From NCBI GenBank assembly GCA_964630265.1, contig CAZVRW010000006.1, positions 753 through 64,752 of the forward strand: a DNA stretch of 64,000 nucleotides, read 5' to 3'. Both the position numbers and the translations under genes were made by a program. Shown piece after piece: positions 22,132-33,442 of the stretch. The stretch is from an uncultured Rhodospirillaceae bacterium (GTDB lineage Bacteria; Pseudomonadota; Alphaproteobacteria; Rhodospirillales; Defluviicoccaceae). The notes under the pieces were generated by a model. It saw only the letters and a list, made by a program, of their open reading frames with translations, was not told the DNA's origin and did no database searches. Each line of letters begins with the position of its first letter. The stretch's first letter is position 1.

Positions 22132-24461
22132 CGACCATGTCAGACGGCGTCGCGACGTCGACCCTGTCGGCTGCCGACGGCTCGCCGAAGCGCGCGGGCG
22201 TCTATAGAATCCTCGCGTTCGCGCTGACCGCGGCGGCGGTCGCGTCGGGCATCGCCACGGCCGTCGCGCTGAGCGATTCCGGCACCGGCGGGACCAGCAT
22301 CGAGACCATCCGCATTCTGTTCCTGCTCGACTTGGCGTTCGTCCTCGTCCTCGGCGCGCTGGTCACGGTGAGACTGATGCGCCTGTGGGCAGAGCGCCGC
22401 CGCGGCCTCGCCGGCTCGGGCCTGCTCGTCCGCATGGTGGTGATCTTCAGCCTGGTGGCGGTCACGCCGGCGGTGCTGGTGGCGGCATTTTCCGTGCTGT
22501 TCGGCGGCATTGGCCTGCAGACGTGGTTCAGCGATCAGGTGCGCACCGCCGTCCTCGCCTCCAATGCGGTTGCCCAGTCCTACCTGAAGGAACATCGCCA
22601 GGGAATCGTCGCCGAGGCCTTCGCCATGGCCAACGATCTCAATCGCGACGCCGCCGAGTTGATGAGCGATCCGCGCCTGTTCAGTCATCGCCTGTCGTTG
22701 CAGGCCAACCTGCGTTCGCTGCCGGAAGCGCTGGTCTTCGACAGCAACGGCCGCGTCCTGGCGCGGACGCCGCTCAGCCTCAGCCTGGAGCTCGACCTCG
22801 GCTTGATCTCCGGCCGCGATATCGATCTCGCCGACCGGGGGCTCGTGGCAATGCTGGCGACGGAGAGCGAGGATCGGGCGCGCGCGCTCGTCCGGCTCGC
22901 CGGCTTCCCCGATGCCTATCTGGTGATTGGTCGCTTCGTCGACGTGGACGTGCTGTCACATATCGAGCAGACCGCGCAGGCGGTTTCGATCTACAAGGGG
23001 CTGGAGGAACGGCGCGAGGGTTTGCTGTGGATGTTCGTCGCCATCTTCGCGGTGATGACCCTGCTGCTGTTGCTCGCCGCCGTCTGGACGGGCCTGACCC
23101 TTTCCGGTCAGATCTCGAAACCGGTCAGCGACCTGATCATCGCCGCCGACCGGATCCGCAAGGGCGATCTCGGTGTCCGCGTCGACACCAGCCACACGGT
23201 CGAGGAACTCGACACTCTGGGGCGCGCGTTCAATCGCATGACGGGTCAGTTGGAGACGCAGCGCCACAGCCTGGTCGTCGCCAATCGGCAATTGGATGAG
23301 CGCCGGCAGTTCACCGAAGCGGTGTTGAGCGGTGTCTCGGCCGGCGTCATCGGCCTCGATCGCGACGGCCGGATCAATCTGCCGAACCGCTCGGCCTCGG
23401 AGCTTCTGGGCACCGAACTGGAGGAACGAATCGGCGCGCCGCTGCGGGACATTGCGCCGGAGATGGGGAAACTCGTCGACACCGCGCGTGTGTCGCCGGA
23501 TCGCACCTGGGAGTCCGAGATCGTCATCGTTCGCGACGGCCGCCCGGCCACCTTCTTCGTCCGCATCGTTGCCGAACGGCTGCGCAATCAGGTGGTCGGC
23601 TTCGTCGCCACCTTTGACGACATCACGCCACTGGTGGCCGCGCAACGCACCGCCGCCTGGGCGGATGTCGCCCGGCGAGTGGCGCACGAGATCAAGAACC
23701 CGTTGACGCCTATCCAGCTCGCGGCCGAACGCCTGAACCGCAAATACGCCGGGCAGATCGAAAGCGAGCGCGACACCTTCAAGGCGTGCGTCGATACGAT
23801 CGTTCGGCGCGTCGAGGATATAAGGCGCATGGTCGACGAGTTTTCCTCGTTCGCGCGGATGCCGCGACCCGACCCGAAAATGGAGAATCTCAGTGAACTT
23901 CTCCGCCAGGCGGTGTTCCTGGAACGCACGCGCTCGCCCCGCATCCGCTTCGAGCTTGACCTGCCGCGCTCCGAGGTCAAACTGCGCTGCGATGGTCGGC
24001 AGATCGCCCAAGCGCTGACCAACCTGTTGAAAAATGCCGCCGAGGCGATCTCCGAGCGCGGCACGGACGACGACGACAGCCCCGTCGACGGAGTCATTCG
24101 CGCGGTTCTCAACCAGGATCGCGACCCCCAGGGCGCCGACCGCATCCGCTTGGTGATCGAGGATGATGGGCCGGGCTTGCCAGACAGCCTGCGCGACCGG
24201 TTGACCGAGCCCTATGTGACCTCCCGGGCCGGTGGGACAGGGCTGGGACTGGCGATCGTTCGAAAAATCGTGGAAGATCACGGTGCCGAGTTGATTATCG
24301 AAAATCGCGAAAAGGGTGGCGCACGGGTTTCGATCGTGTTTCACGGCGGCGACGGAGCGGCGGCCGCGACCGCCGATGCGGTCGAAGCCGGCGCGTTTGC
24401 CGGCACGCGTGAGTTCCTCGCCAACGGCTTGCCGGCCACCGGCGGGATCGGAGAAGGGTGA
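22128..24461 (+). CDS. ntrY: Sensor histidine kinase NtrY
   Basis: Multi-TM N-terminus, HAMP, PAS, H-box [19 protein letters not shown] and an HATPase domain. ntrBC-ntrYX synteny. Confidence 0.9.
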
Positions 24462-25891
24462 TCATGTCGACCGTCAGACGCTCCAAGGTCGAGGACATTC
24501 TGATCGTCGACGACGAGGCGGACATCTGCATCCTGGTCGCCGGCGTCCTCGAGGACGAGGGCTTCGGCTCGCGCGATGCCTACGACAGCGACGCGGCGCT
24601 GCGGGCGATCGAGGAGCGGCGGCCGAGCTTGGTCCTGCTCGACATCTGGTTGCAGGGCAGCCGGCTGGATGGACTGCAGCTCCTGGAACAGCTCAAGCGC
24701 GAGCACCCGGCGCTGCCGATCGTCATCATGAGCGGCCACGGCACCATCGAGACCGCCGTCCAGGCGATCAAGCTCGGGGCCTACGACTTCATCGAAAAGC
24801 CGTTCAATTCCGATCGCCTGATCCTGGTCACCCAGCGCGCCATCGAGACGGCGCGGCTGCGCCGCGAGAACGAGGAGTTGCGCCAGCGCGGCAGCCAGCC
24901 GACCGAGATGATCGGCCGCTCGACGGTGATGAATCAGCTCCGCCAAAGCATCGAGCGGGTGGCGCCGACGAACAGCCGGGTCTTGATCACCGGGCCCGCC
25001 GGCTCGGGCAAGGAGGTGGTCGCGCGGATGATCCATGCGCGCTCGACCCGCGCCGAAGGCCCGTTCGTCGTCATGAGTTGCGCCTCCATGGCGCCGGAGC
25101 GGATCGAGATGGAGATCTTCGGGGTCGAGGGCGGCATCGATGGTCTCGAGGGACCGCGCAAGATCGGCACCTTCGAAGCGGCGCACAACGGCACCCTCTA
25201 TCTCGACGAGGTCGCCGACATGCCCTTGGAGAGTCAGGGCAAGATCGTTCGAGTGTTGCAGGAACAGGTGTTCCAGCGCGTCGGCGGCAGCACCCCGGTG
25301 AATGTCGACGTGCGCGTCATCGCGTCGACGACGCGCGACCTCACGGCCGAGATCGGCAACGGCCGCTTCCGCGAAGATCTGTTCTATCGCCTGAGCGTCG
25401 TGCCGTTGCGGGTGCCGGCGCTGCGCGAGCGGCGCGACGACATTCCGCTGCTGGCCGTCTATTTCATGGAACGCGCGGCGGAGGCGCAGGGACATCGGCC
25501 GCGGGCGCTGAACGACGATGCCATGGCGACGTTGCAGGCCCACGAATGGCCTGGCAACGTGCGCGAATTGCGCAATATCATCGAGCGGTTGTTGATCATG
25601 GCGCCGGGTGGCGTCGACGATCCGATCCGTGCCGACATGTTGCCACCGGAACTGGAGAGCAATTTCGCCGCCACCCGCAGTCCGGAACGGAACACCGACA
25701 TCATGAGCCTGCCGTTGCGCGACGCCCGTGAGATCTTTGAACGCGAATACCTGCTCGCGCAGGTCACGCGCTTCGGCGGCAACATTTCGCGCACCGCGGC
25801 CTTCGTCGGCATGGAGCGTTCGGCGCTGCATCGCAAGCTCAAGTCTCTCGGCATCCAGACCGACGAGAAGTTCCGCAACGTCGGGCCGTGA
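24458..25891 (+). CDS. ntrX: Sigma-54-dependent response regulator NtrX
   Basis: Receiver domain (ILIVDDE, LLDIWL), AAA+ domain (GPAGSGKE) and a C-terminal HTH (GGNISRTAAFVGMERSALHRKLK). Confidence 0.9.
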   Translation: MIMSTVRRSKVEDILIVDDEADICILVAGVLEDEGFGSRDAYDSDAALRAIEERRPSLVLLDIWLQGSRLDGLQLLEQLKREHPALPIVIMSGHGTIETAVQAIKLGAYDFIEKPFNSDRLILVTQRAIETARLRRENEELRQRGSQPTEMIGRSTVMNQLRQSIERVAPTNSRVLITGPAGSGKEVVARMIHARSTRAEGPFVVMSCASMAPERIEMEIFGVEGGIDGLEGPRKIGTFEAAHNGTLYLDEVADMPLESQGKIVRVLQEQVFQRVGGSTPVNVDVRVIASTTRDLTAEIGNGRFREDLFYRLSVVPLRVPALRERRDDIPLLAVYFMERAAEAQGHRPRALNDDAMATLQAHEWPGNVRELRNIIERLLIMAPGGVDDPIRADMLPPELESNFAATRSPERNTDIMSLPLRDAREIFEREYLLAQVTRFGGNISRTAAFVGMERSALHRKLKSLGIQTDEKFRNVGP

Positions 25892-25942
25892 CGCGCATCA
25901 CCCGGCGCCTGCCGCTCCCCGCCTTCTGACAATGGCCGAACC

Positions 25943-27319
25943 ATGAACATCGTGATCTGCGGGGCCGGCGAGGTCGGCTTCACCATCGCCCGCCACTTGG
26001 CCATGGAAAACAACAGCATCACCGTCGTCGACAAGTCGCCGGAACTGATCCGTCGCATCAACGACACGCTGGACGCCCAGGGCGTCGTCGGCCACGGCTC
26101 GCGCCCCGACGTGCTGCAACGGGCCGGCGCCGAGGACGCCGACATGCTGATCGCCGTCACCCAGTCGGACGAAGTGAACATGGTGGCGTGCCAGGTGGCC
26201 CATTCCCTGTTCGAGGTGCCGACGAAGATCGCTCGCATCCGGCATCAGAGCTATCTCGATGCGACCTGGGCCAACCTGTTCTCCCGCGACCACCTGCCGA
26301 TCGACGTCATCATCTCGCCCGAGGTCGAGGTCGCGCGCGCCATCATGCGGCGGCTGCGGGTTCCGGGCGCCTTCGAGATGATCCCGCTGGTCGACGACAA
26401 GGTCCGCCTGCTCGGCATTCGTTGCGAGGCGAATTGTCCGGCCATCAACACGCCGGTGGGCCGCCTGTCCCAGCTGTTTCCCAATCTCAACCTGGTCGTC
26501 GTCAGCCTCATCCATGGCGACCAACCGGTCCGGCTCCGGAGTGACGACGTCATCTCGGCCGGCGACGACGTCTACGTGGTCGTCGAGACCGAGCAGGTGA
26601 CGCAGGCGCTCGTGGCGTTCGGACATGAGGAGCCGCAAACCAAGCGGTTGCTGATCTGCGGTGGCGGCAATATCGCCCTGTTGCTGGCGCAGGGGATCGA
26701 GCGCGACTATCCCTGGATCAACGCCAAGATCATCGAGAGCAGCGTCGAGCGGGCCGCCCTGGTGGCGAGCATGCTCGGCCGGTCGGTGGTCCTGCACGGC
26801 GATGTCCTTGATCCGGAGATCCTGGACGAGGCCAGCGTCGAGGCGACCGACACCGTCGTTGCCATCACCGATGATGACGAAACCAACATCCTGTCGTCGA
26901 TGCTGGCCAAGCGCTACGGCGCCAAGCGGGCGATCACGCTGCTCAACAAGAGCATCTACGAGCCGCTCATCGCCACCCTCGGCATCGATGTCGTCGTCAG
27001 CCCGCGCAACATCACCGTCTCCTCGATCCTGCAGCACGTCCGACGCGGCCGCATCTACTCCGTGCATACGCTGCGCGAAGGCTTCGGCGAGTTGATCGAG
27101 GCGGAAGCGCTGGAAACGTCGAGCCTCGCCGGCGTTTCCCTCAAGGAAGCCCATCTGCCCGACGGCGTCATGGTCGGGGCCATCGTTCGCCATGGCCAAG
27201 TGATCACGCCCACGGGCAATACGGTGATCGAGGCCGGCGATCGCGTCGTGCTGTTCGCCGCACCGGATACGGTGCGCCGCGTCGAGAAGCTGTTCTCGGT
27301 ACGGCTCGAATACTTTTGA
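25943..27319 (+). CDS. trkA: Trk system potassium uptake protein TrkA
   Basis: Two RCK_N/RCK_C repeats with Rossmann motifs ICGAGEVG and ICGGGNIA, 458 aa. Confidence 0.93.
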   Translation: MNIVICGAGEVGFTIARHLAMENNSITVVDKSPELIRRINDTLDAQGVVGHGSRPDVLQRAGAEDADMLIAVTQSDEVNMVACQVAHSLFEVPTKIARIRHQSYLDATWANLFSRDHLPIDVIISPEVEVARAIMRRLRVPGAFEMIPLVDDKVRLLGIRCEANCPAINTPVGRLSQLFPNLNLVVVSLIHGDQPVRLRSDDVISAGDDVYVVVETEQVTQALVAFGHEEPQTKRLLICGGGNIALLLAQGIERDYPWINAKIIESSVERAALVASMLGRSVVLHGDVLDPEILDEASVEATDTVVAITDDDETNILSSMLAKRYGAKRAITLLNKSIYEPLIATLGIDVVVSPRNITVSSILQHVRRGRIYSVHTLREGFGELIEAEALETSSLAGVSLKEAHLPDGVMVGAIVRHGQVITPTGNTVIEAGDRVVLFAAPDTVRRVEKLFSVRLEYF

Positions 27320-27335
27320 TGGTCGGTCGGCTGCC

Positions 27336-28205
27336 ATGACCAGGGTGGTTTACGTCGACGGTCGCTACGTCCCGTACGCGGCGGCGCACGTTCACGTCGA
27401 AGACCGCGGCTACCAGTTCGCCGATGGCGTCTACGAGGTGATCGCCGTGCGCAACGACCGCTTCGTCGACGCCGACGCCCATCTCGACCGCCTGGATCGG
27501 TCCCTCGGCGAGCTGCGGATCGCCTGGCCGGTGGCCCGCGCGGCGCTGATGCCGATCCTGAAGGAGGTGGTGCGACGCAACCGGGCGGGCGGCTGCGGCG
27601 CCGTCTATCTGCAGGTGACCCGCGGCGTCGCCCCCCGGGCCCACGCCTTCCCGAAGGCTGCCAAGAGCGTGCTCGTGGCCATGGCCCGGCGGCTGCCGGT
27701 GCCGAGCCGGGAGGCGATGGCGCGCGGTGTCGCCGTCATCACCACCGACGATCTGCGCTGGAAGCGGGCCGACATCAAGTCGGTCTCCCTGCTACCCAAC
27801 GTCCTCGGCAAGCAGGCGGCGATCGAGGCCGGGGCGGACGAGGCTTGGCTGGTCGACGCCGACGGTCGCATTACCGAGGGGACGGCGTCCAACGCCTGGA
27901 TCGTGACGCCGACGGGGGAGGTGGTCACCCGCCACCTCGACCGGGCGATACTCGCCGGCATCACCCGGCAGAGCGTGCTCGACATTGCCGCCGAGCTCGG
28001 CCTCGCCGTCGTCGAGCGCCCGTTCACGGTCGCCGAGGCCGAGGGCGCCCGCGAGGCGTTCCTCACCAGCACCACGTCCTGGGTCAAGCCGGTCGTACGG
28101 ATCAACGGCGTGCCGGTGGGTGAGGGCGGCATCGGGCCGGTCAGCGGCCGGCTGCTCGAGCGTTATCTGCGCCACATGGGCGCCGGCCCGGATCGCGGCG
28201 CATGA
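27336..28205 (+). CDS. dat: D-amino-acid (class IV) aminotransferase
   Basis: VHVEDRGYQFADGVYEV, KSVSLLPNVL and EGTASNAWIV are class IV PLP aminotransferase signatures closest to D-alanine transaminases. Confidence 0.8.
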   Translation: MTRVVYVDGRYVPYAAAHVHVEDRGYQFADGVYEVIAVRNDRFVDADAHLDRLDRSLGELRIAWPVARAALMPILKEVVRRNRAGGCGAVYLQVTRGVAPRAHAFPKAAKSVLVAMARRLPVPSREAMARGVAVITTDDLRWKRADIKSVSLLPNVLGKQAAIEAGADEAWLVDADGRITEGTASNAWIVTPTGEVVTRHLDRAILAGITRQSVLDIAAELGLAVVERPFTVAEAEGAREAFLTSTTSWVKPVVRINGVPVGEGGIGPVSGRLLERYLRHMGAGPDRGA

Positions 28206-28861
28206 CGGCCGATCTCACCCGTCCCCGCGCGGTGATTTTCGACTGGGACAACACCTTGATCGATAGCTGGGGGGCGATCCATGACGCCCAGAACCACGTC
28301 TTCGAACGCTTCGGCATGCGGCCGTGGAGCATGGAGGAGATTCGCCGACGGGTGCGGGGCTCAATGCGCGACAGCTATCCGGCACTGTTCGGCGACCGCT
28401 GGCGGGAGGCCGGCGAGATCTTTTATGCCCGCTTCACCCAATACCACCTGGAGACGCTGACGCCGCTGCCCGGCGCCGCGGCGTTGATCGAGCGGCTGCA
28501 CGCCGCCGGCATCTATCTGGCGGTGGTCAGCAACAAGAAGGGCGACTACCTCCGCCAGGAGGCGGCTCACCTTGGCTGGGACCGCTGGTTCGGCCGCATC
28601 GTCGGCGCCTTCGATGCGGCCGAGGACAAGCCGTCGGTCATCCCTGTCGATCTGGCGCTGGCCGACAGTGGCATTGCGCCGGGCCCCGACGTGTGGTTCG
28701 CCGGCGACGCGGATATTGACCTCGAATGCGCAACGAGGGCAGGGTGTGTGCCGGTGCTCGTTCGCGCCGAGGCCCCCGCCGCTGGCGAGTTCGACGTGCA
28801 CCCGCCGACACTGCACGCCTGTGATTGTATCGCACTTTCCAACATGCTGATGAGGCTCTAG
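28202..28861 (+). CDS. HAD-superfamily hydrolase (phosphoglycolate phosphatase-like)
   Basis: Motif I VIFDWDNTLIDS, motif II VVSNK, motif IV GDADIDLECA. Confidence 0.8.
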   Translation: MTADLTRPRAVIFDWDNTLIDSWGAIHDAQNHVFERFGMRPWSMEEIRRRVRGSMRDSYPALFGDRWREAGEIFYARFTQYHLETLTPLPGAAALIERLHAAGIYLAVVSNKKGDYLRQEAAHLGWDRWFGRIVGAFDAAEDKPSVIPVDLALADSGIAPGPDVWFAGDADIDLECATRAGCVPVLVRAEAPAAGEFDVHPPTLHACDCIALSNMLMRL

Positions 28862-28998
28862 AGTGCGAGTGAAATGAGCGGTGCCGGGGCTGTGCCGGCG
28901 AAGTTCGGGGGAGGGGACGCGAGAGCCCGTCGGTCGCCGATCAGCGAGGGCGCACCGTCGAGAATGCGATGCCTGTTTTTGTGCAGAAAAGAAGAGAG

Positions 28999-29262
28999 AT
29001 GAGCCCGATGTCCTCCGAAAAGCCGCAGAACGTACAGGACGTGTTCCTGAACTACATCCGAAAAAACAAAACGCCGGTCACCATCTTTCTTGTCAACGGG
29101 GTGAAGCTCCAGGGGATCGTGACGTGGTTTGACAATTTTTCTCTTTTGCTGCGTCGCGACGGGCACACCCAGTTAGTCTACAAGCACGCGATCTCCACGG
29201 TAATGCCATCCGTCCAGGTTCACCTGTTCGAACCGGACAAGGAGACGACGGCGGAGGAGTGA
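28999..29262 (+). CDS. hfq: RNA chaperone Hfq
   Basis: [58 protein letters not shown]. ATGs at 28999 (behind GAAGAGAG) and 29008 are both plausible. Confidence 0.95.
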   Translation: MSPMSSEKPQNVQDVFLNYIRKNKTPVTIFLVNGVKLQGIVTWFDNFSLLLRRDGHTQLVYKHAISTVMPSVQVHLFEPDKETTAEE

Positions 29263-30617
29263 GCACGGACCCGTCGCGTCATCCGGGCGCGGCGCTGCCC
29301 AATGGCGGCGCCGGAAGCTGCGTCGTCCTCCACCCACGCCTGTCGATCGAGGCGTCCGGTGACGGCCGCGAGGCCGAATCGGTTCTCGCCGAGGCCGAAG
29401 GACTTGCGGCTGCCATCGGCCTGACCGTGGCCCACGGCGAAGTCATCAACGTGCCGAAGATCCGGCCGGCGACGTTGTTCGGCACCGGCACCGTCGAGCG
29501 TCTCGCTGCGCTGATCGGCGCGGCGCAGGAGGATGCGGAGACCCGGATCGCCGTCGTCATCGTCGATTCGGCGCTCACCCCGGTGCAGCAGCGAAACCTG
29601 GAAAAGGCCTGGACCTGCAAGGTCATCGACCGGACCGGCGTGATCCTCGAGATCTTCGGGGAGCGGGCGCGCACCGCCGAAGGCCGTCTGCAGGTGGAAC
29701 TGGCGGCGCTCACCTACCAGCGCAGCCGCCTGGTGCGGAGTTGGACCCACCTGGAGCGGCAGCGTGGCGGCTTCGGCTTCATGGGCGGCCCCGGCGAATC
29801 CCAGCTGGAGACCGACCGCCGGCTCATCGGCGAACGCATCGCGCGCGTCAAACGCGAGTTGCAGGACGTCAAGCGGACCCGCGGCCTGCACCGGCAGGCG
29901 CGCCGGCGCGTGCCGTTCCCCATCGTCGCCCTGGTCGGCTACACCAATGCCGGCAAATCGACCCTCTTCAACCGGCTGACCGCGGCGCAGGTCGAGGCGC
30001 GCGACCAACTCTTCGCGACCCTCGATCCGACCATGCGGCGTCTAGACCTGCCGTCGGGGCAGACCGTCATCCTGTCGGACACCGTGGGCTTCATCTCCAA
30101 CCTGCCGCACGAACTGGTCGAGGCCTTCCACGCGACGCTGGAAGAGGTGACCGAGGCCGACGTGATCCTCCACGTCCGCGATATCGCGCATCCGGAGACC
30201 GAGCAGCAGAAGGCCGACGTGCTCACGGTCCTGCTCGAACTGGGGCTCGGCGACGAGATCGAGGGTCGGCTTGTCGAGGTGCTGAACAAGATCGACCTGC
30301 TGGCCGGCGCGGATCTGCAGGAGCGGATCGGACGGGTGAAGCGCAGCAACGTTGCGATCGTGGCCCTGTCGGCGAAGACCGGCGAGGGCTGTGCGGAGCT
30401 CACGGCGGTGCTCGACGCTCGCTTGGCCGAACGGATGCCGGTCATCGATGTCTCGCTCGCCCACGGCGACGGACGGACGCTCGCCTGGCTCTACGATCAC
30501 GGTCATGTGTTGCAGCGAACCGAGAGCGCCGACGGGGTGCGCTTGCGCGTCCGCCTGACACCGGCGGATGCCGCTCGCTTCGACCATCGCGGCGTGCGGC
30601 CGACCGGCACCGGCTGA
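29259..30617 (+). CDS. hflX: GTPase HflX
   Basis: [30 protein letters not shown]1 [18 protein letters not shown] and NKID. The GTG start overlaps the hfq stop. Confidence 0.93.
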   Translation: MSTDPSRHPGAALPNGGAGSCVVLHPRLSIEASGDGREAESVLAEAEGLAAAIGLTVAHGEVINVPKIRPATLFGTGTVERLAALIGAAQEDAETRIAVVIVDSALTPVQQRNLEKAWTCKVIDRTGVILEIFGERARTAEGRLQVELAALTYQRSRLVRSWTHLERQRGGFGFMGGPGESQLETDRRLIGERIARVKRELQDVKRTRGLHRQARRRVPFPIVALVGYTNAGKSTLFNRLTAAQVEARDQLFATLDPTMRRLDLPSGQTVILSDTVGFISNLPHELVEAFHATLEEVTEADVILHVRDIAHPETEQQKADVLTVLLELGLGDEIEGRLVEVLNKIDLLAGADLQERIGRVKRSNVAIVALSAKTGEGCAELTAVLDARLAERMPVIDVSLAHGDGRTLAWLYDHGHVLQRTESADGVRLRVRLTPADAARFDHRGVRPTGTG

Positions 30618-30678
30618 GCGCCCGACCGGCCGGCGATCGCGCGACGACCATCTGCATGGGCAACACGACGAGGTCTTG

Positions 30679-31503
30679 ATGGATCCCGATGTGGCGGCGG
30701 TTGCGGCCCTGATCCGGGAGGTCGCCGCGGCCGAAGTCCTGCCGCGGTTTCGCCGGCTGGCGGCGGCGGACATCAGCGAGAAATCCGGGCCGCAGGACCT
30801 GGTGACCACGGCCGATGTCGAGGCCGAACGGGCGCTGGCGGCGCGGCTGCCGGCGCTGGTGCCGGGCTCGCTGGTGGTTGGCGAGGAGGCGGCGGCGGCG
30901 GACCCGGACCTGCTCGGCCGACTTGCCGGCGAGGCGCCGGTGTGGCTGGTCGATCCGGTGGACGGCACCGCCAATTTCGTCCGCGGCGAGGCGTGCTTCG
31001 CCGTCATCGTCGCCTATTGCGTTGGTGGCGAGACCCGCGCCGGCTGGATCCTCGATCCGCTGACCGACCGCATGATCTGGGCCGTCGCGGGGCAGGGGGC
31101 CTGGACCGGCGACGCCGAGGCGCACCGCCTGTGGTTGTCGTCGCCGCGACCGCTCGCCGAGATGCGCGGCTCGCTCGGCTACACCCTCGGCAAACGGCTC
31201 CGCACCCGTATCGCCGCGGGCCTGCAGGACGGGCCGGGGGAGATCGTCCGCTATGGCTGCACCGGCCAGGAATACATGGACCTGGCGCGGGGCCGGCTCG
31301 ACTTCGCCCGCTATCGCCGTCTGAAGCCGTGGGACCATGCCGCCGGGGTGCTGATCCACGCCGAGGCCGGCGGCCATGCCGCCTTGGTGGAGGACGGACG
31401 ACCCTACCGGCCGGAGCCGCGACTGATGCCGGAGACGGTGCTGCTGGCGCCCGACCGGCCGAACTGGGAGCGCCTGCGCACCGCCCTGGATGCCGCCACC
31501 TGA
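30679..31503 (+). CDS. Inositol monophosphatase family protein
   Basis: GEE...WLVDPVDGTANF and WDHAAG motifs. The upstream part of the track ORF has no support. Confidence 0.85.
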   Translation: MDPDVAAVAALIREVAAAEVLPRFRRLAAADISEKSGPQDLVTTADVEAERALAARLPALVPGSLVVGEEAAAADPDLLGRLAGEAPVWLVDPVDGTANFVRGEACFAVIVAYCVGGETRAGWILDPLTDRMIWAVAGQGAWTGDAEAHRLWLSSPRPLAEMRGSLGYTLGKRLRTRIAAGLQDGPGEIVRYGCTGQEYMDLARGRLDFARYRRLKPWDHAAGVLIHAEAGGHAALVEDGRPYRPEPRLMPETVLLAPDRPNWERLRTALDAAT

Positions 31504-31551
31504 GCCGCCGCCTGAGCCGGCACCGTCAACCAAACTGGGAGGAAATGACCG

Positions 31552-32421
31552 ATGTCCACTGTCCGTGCGAGTTTTCTCGGTCTCGGCGTCATGGGGTATC
31601 CCATGGCCGGGCACCTGATCCGGGCCGGCCATGCGGTCACCGTCTACAACCGCACCCGGAGCCGCGCCGCGCGCTGGGTCGCCGAGCATGGCGGCCGGGT
31701 CGCCGAAACCCCGGCCGACGCGGCCCGCGATGCCGATCTGGTAATGGTCTGCGTCGGCAACGACGACGACGTGCGCGGCGTAGTGTTGGGCGAGCAGGGC
31801 GCCTTCGCCGGCATGACCGCCGGCGCCATCCTCATCGACCACACCACCGCCTCGGCCGACTTGGCGCGCGAGCTGGCAGCCGTCGGCGCCAAAACGGGCG
31901 TGCACGTTCTCGACGCGCCGGTCTCCGGCGGCCAGGCCGGTGCCGAAGCGGGGCAGCTCACGGTGATGGTCGGCGGCGAGGACGCGCCGTTCGCCCGCGC
32001 CCAACCGGTGCTCGCCGCCTACGCCCGCGCCGTCACGCTGATGGGGCCGATCGGCAGCGGCCAGCTCACCAAGATGGTCAATCAGATCTGCATCGCCGGG
32101 CTGGTGCAGGGGTTGGCGGAAGCGCTCGCCTTCGCCGGCCGCGCCGGCCTCGACGCCGAGAAGGCCGTCGCCGTGATCGCCAAGGGTGCGGCCCAGTCGT
32201 GGCAGATGGACAATCGCGCCGCCACCATGCTCGACGACCGCTTCGACTTCGGCTTCGCCGTCGACTGGATGCGGAAGGACCTGGCCATCTGCCTCGCCGA
32301 GGCGCGGCGCAACGGCGCCCGGCTGCCCGTCGCGGCGCTGGTCGACCAGTTCTACGCCGAGATCCAGCAACGCGGCGGCGGCCGCTGGGACACCTCGAGC
32401 TTGATCCGCCTGCTGCGCTGA
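31552..32421 (+). CDS. NAD(P)-dependent 3-hydroxyisobutyrate/beta-hydroxyacid dehydrogenase family oxidoreductase
   Basis: FLGLGVMGYPMAGHL Rossmann motif, DAPVSGG and GSGQLTKMVNQ. Confidence 0.85.
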   Translation: MSTVRASFLGLGVMGYPMAGHLIRAGHAVTVYNRTRSRAARWVAEHGGRVAETPADAARDADLVMVCVGNDDDVRGVVLGEQGAFAGMTAGAILIDHTTASADLARELAAVGAKTGVHVLDAPVSGGQAGAEAGQLTVMVGGEDAPFARAQPVLAAYARAVTLMGPIGSGQLTKMVNQICIAGLVQGLAEALAFAGRAGLDAEKAVAVIAKGAAQSWQMDNRAATMLDDRFDFGFAVDWMRKDLAICLAEARRNGARLPVAALVDQFYAEIQQRGGGRWDTSSLIRLLR

Positions 32422-32425
32422 GCCG

Positions 32426-33244
32426 TCACTCGTCGGCCTTGGCGCGCTGCCAGAGCGCCTCCAATTCGTCCAGGGTCATCGCCGCAAGCGGTGTGTCGCC
32501 GGCCGCCGCCGCCAGCGCCTCGATGCGACGGAAGCGGCGCTCGAACTTGGCATTGGCCCGGCGCAGCGCCGCCTCGGGATCGAGATCCAGCTTGCGGGCG
32601 ACGTTGACGCAGGTGAACAGGAGGTCGCCCAGCTCGTCCTCCAGCCGGTCCCGGTCGGCGCCGTCGGCCATCTCCAACGCCAGCTCGTCCGCTTCCTCGG
32701 CAAACTTGGCCAGCGCCGACGTGGCGTCCGGCCAGTCGAAGCCGACCCGAGCCGCGCGCTTCTGCAGCTTCGCCGCCCGCGTCGTCGCCGGCAGCGCCAG
32801 CGGCACGCCGTCCAGCGCACTGTGCGGTTCCATGTCGGCGACCGCGTCCTTGGCGGCCAGCCGTTCGGCCGCCTTCTGCTCCTCCCAGGCCCGCGTCTGT
32901 GCCGCCGCCGAGTCGACCACGGCGTCGGCGAAGACGTGCGGGTGCCGGCGCTCCATCTTGTCGCAGATGGCCGCGACCACGTCGGCGAAGGCGAAGGCGC
33001 AGGTCTCCTCGGCCATGCGCGCGTGGAACACCACCTGCAGCAGCAGATCCCCGAGCTCGTCGCGCAGGTTGGCCAGGTCGCCGCGGGCGATGGCGTCGGC
33101 CACCTCGTAAGCTTCCTCGATGGTGTAGGGGGCGATGCTGGCGAACGTCTGCTCCACGTCCCAAGGGCAGCCGCCCACGGGATCCCGCAACCGCGCCATG
33201 ATCGCCAACAACCGCCGAATATCCCCGTCCATTCCAACCGTCAT
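32426..33244 (-). CDS. mazG: Nucleoside triphosphate pyrophosphohydrolase MazG
   Basis: IRRLLAIMARLRDPVGGCPWDVEQTF, EEAYEVADAI and tandem MazG domains. Possible starts are at 33268, 33244 and 33232. Confidence 0.9.
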   Translation of the reverse strand: MTVGMDGDIRRLLAIMARLRDPVGGCPWDVEQTFASIAPYTIEEAYEVADAIARGDLANLRDELGDLLLQVVFHARMAEETCAFAFADVVAAICDKMERRHPHVFADAVVDSAAAQTRAWEEQKAAERLAAKDAVADMEPHSALDGVPLALPATTRAAKLQKRAARVGFDWPDATSALAKFAEEADELALEMADGADRDRLEDELGDLLFTCVNVARKLDLDPEAALRRANAKFERRFRRIEALAAAAGDTPLAAMTLDELEALWQRAKADE

Positions 33245-33442
33245 GCCAGACCTGGCGGTCGCTGCCAACCGTCAAAGGGGGGCCCGGCGCCAGCCCCGGC
33301 AGGGGCGACACTGCGCAAGCTCGGCCTGGAACGGCGGTGGGCAGTCCAAGTCCACGCGATACGCGCCGGCCGATACGCACCGGCGTCTTAAAGTCGCATA
33401 AGATATATTATGGCAAATAATAACGCCCGTCGAAGCAGGCGG

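Noticed and set aside
24341-25831. 496-aa minus-strand ORF and similar long antisense ORFs (for example 30442-32370, 25898-27337, 21019-21936, 62128-63636, 12858-14306, 18548-19891)
   Set aside because: Each lies opposite a gene with strong family signatures (ntrX, IMPase/HIBADH, trkA, ntrC, NodT/MaoC-PTA, fabH/ihfA, dusB). I found no recognisable motifs of their own.
28862-28998. Possible sigma-54 (GG-N10-GC) promoter upstream of hfq, given the neighbouring ntr genes
   Set aside because: I could not find a TGGCAC-N5-TTGC-like element with correct spacing in the gap.
33410-33442. Weak hairpin plus T-rich run downstream of the MBL hydrolase gene (minus strand) as a terminator
   Set aside because: Only a stem of about 4 bp (CGCC/GGCG) can be drawn. 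The AT-rich patch (about 33390-33420) may instead be the mazG promoter region. This is too weak to annotate.
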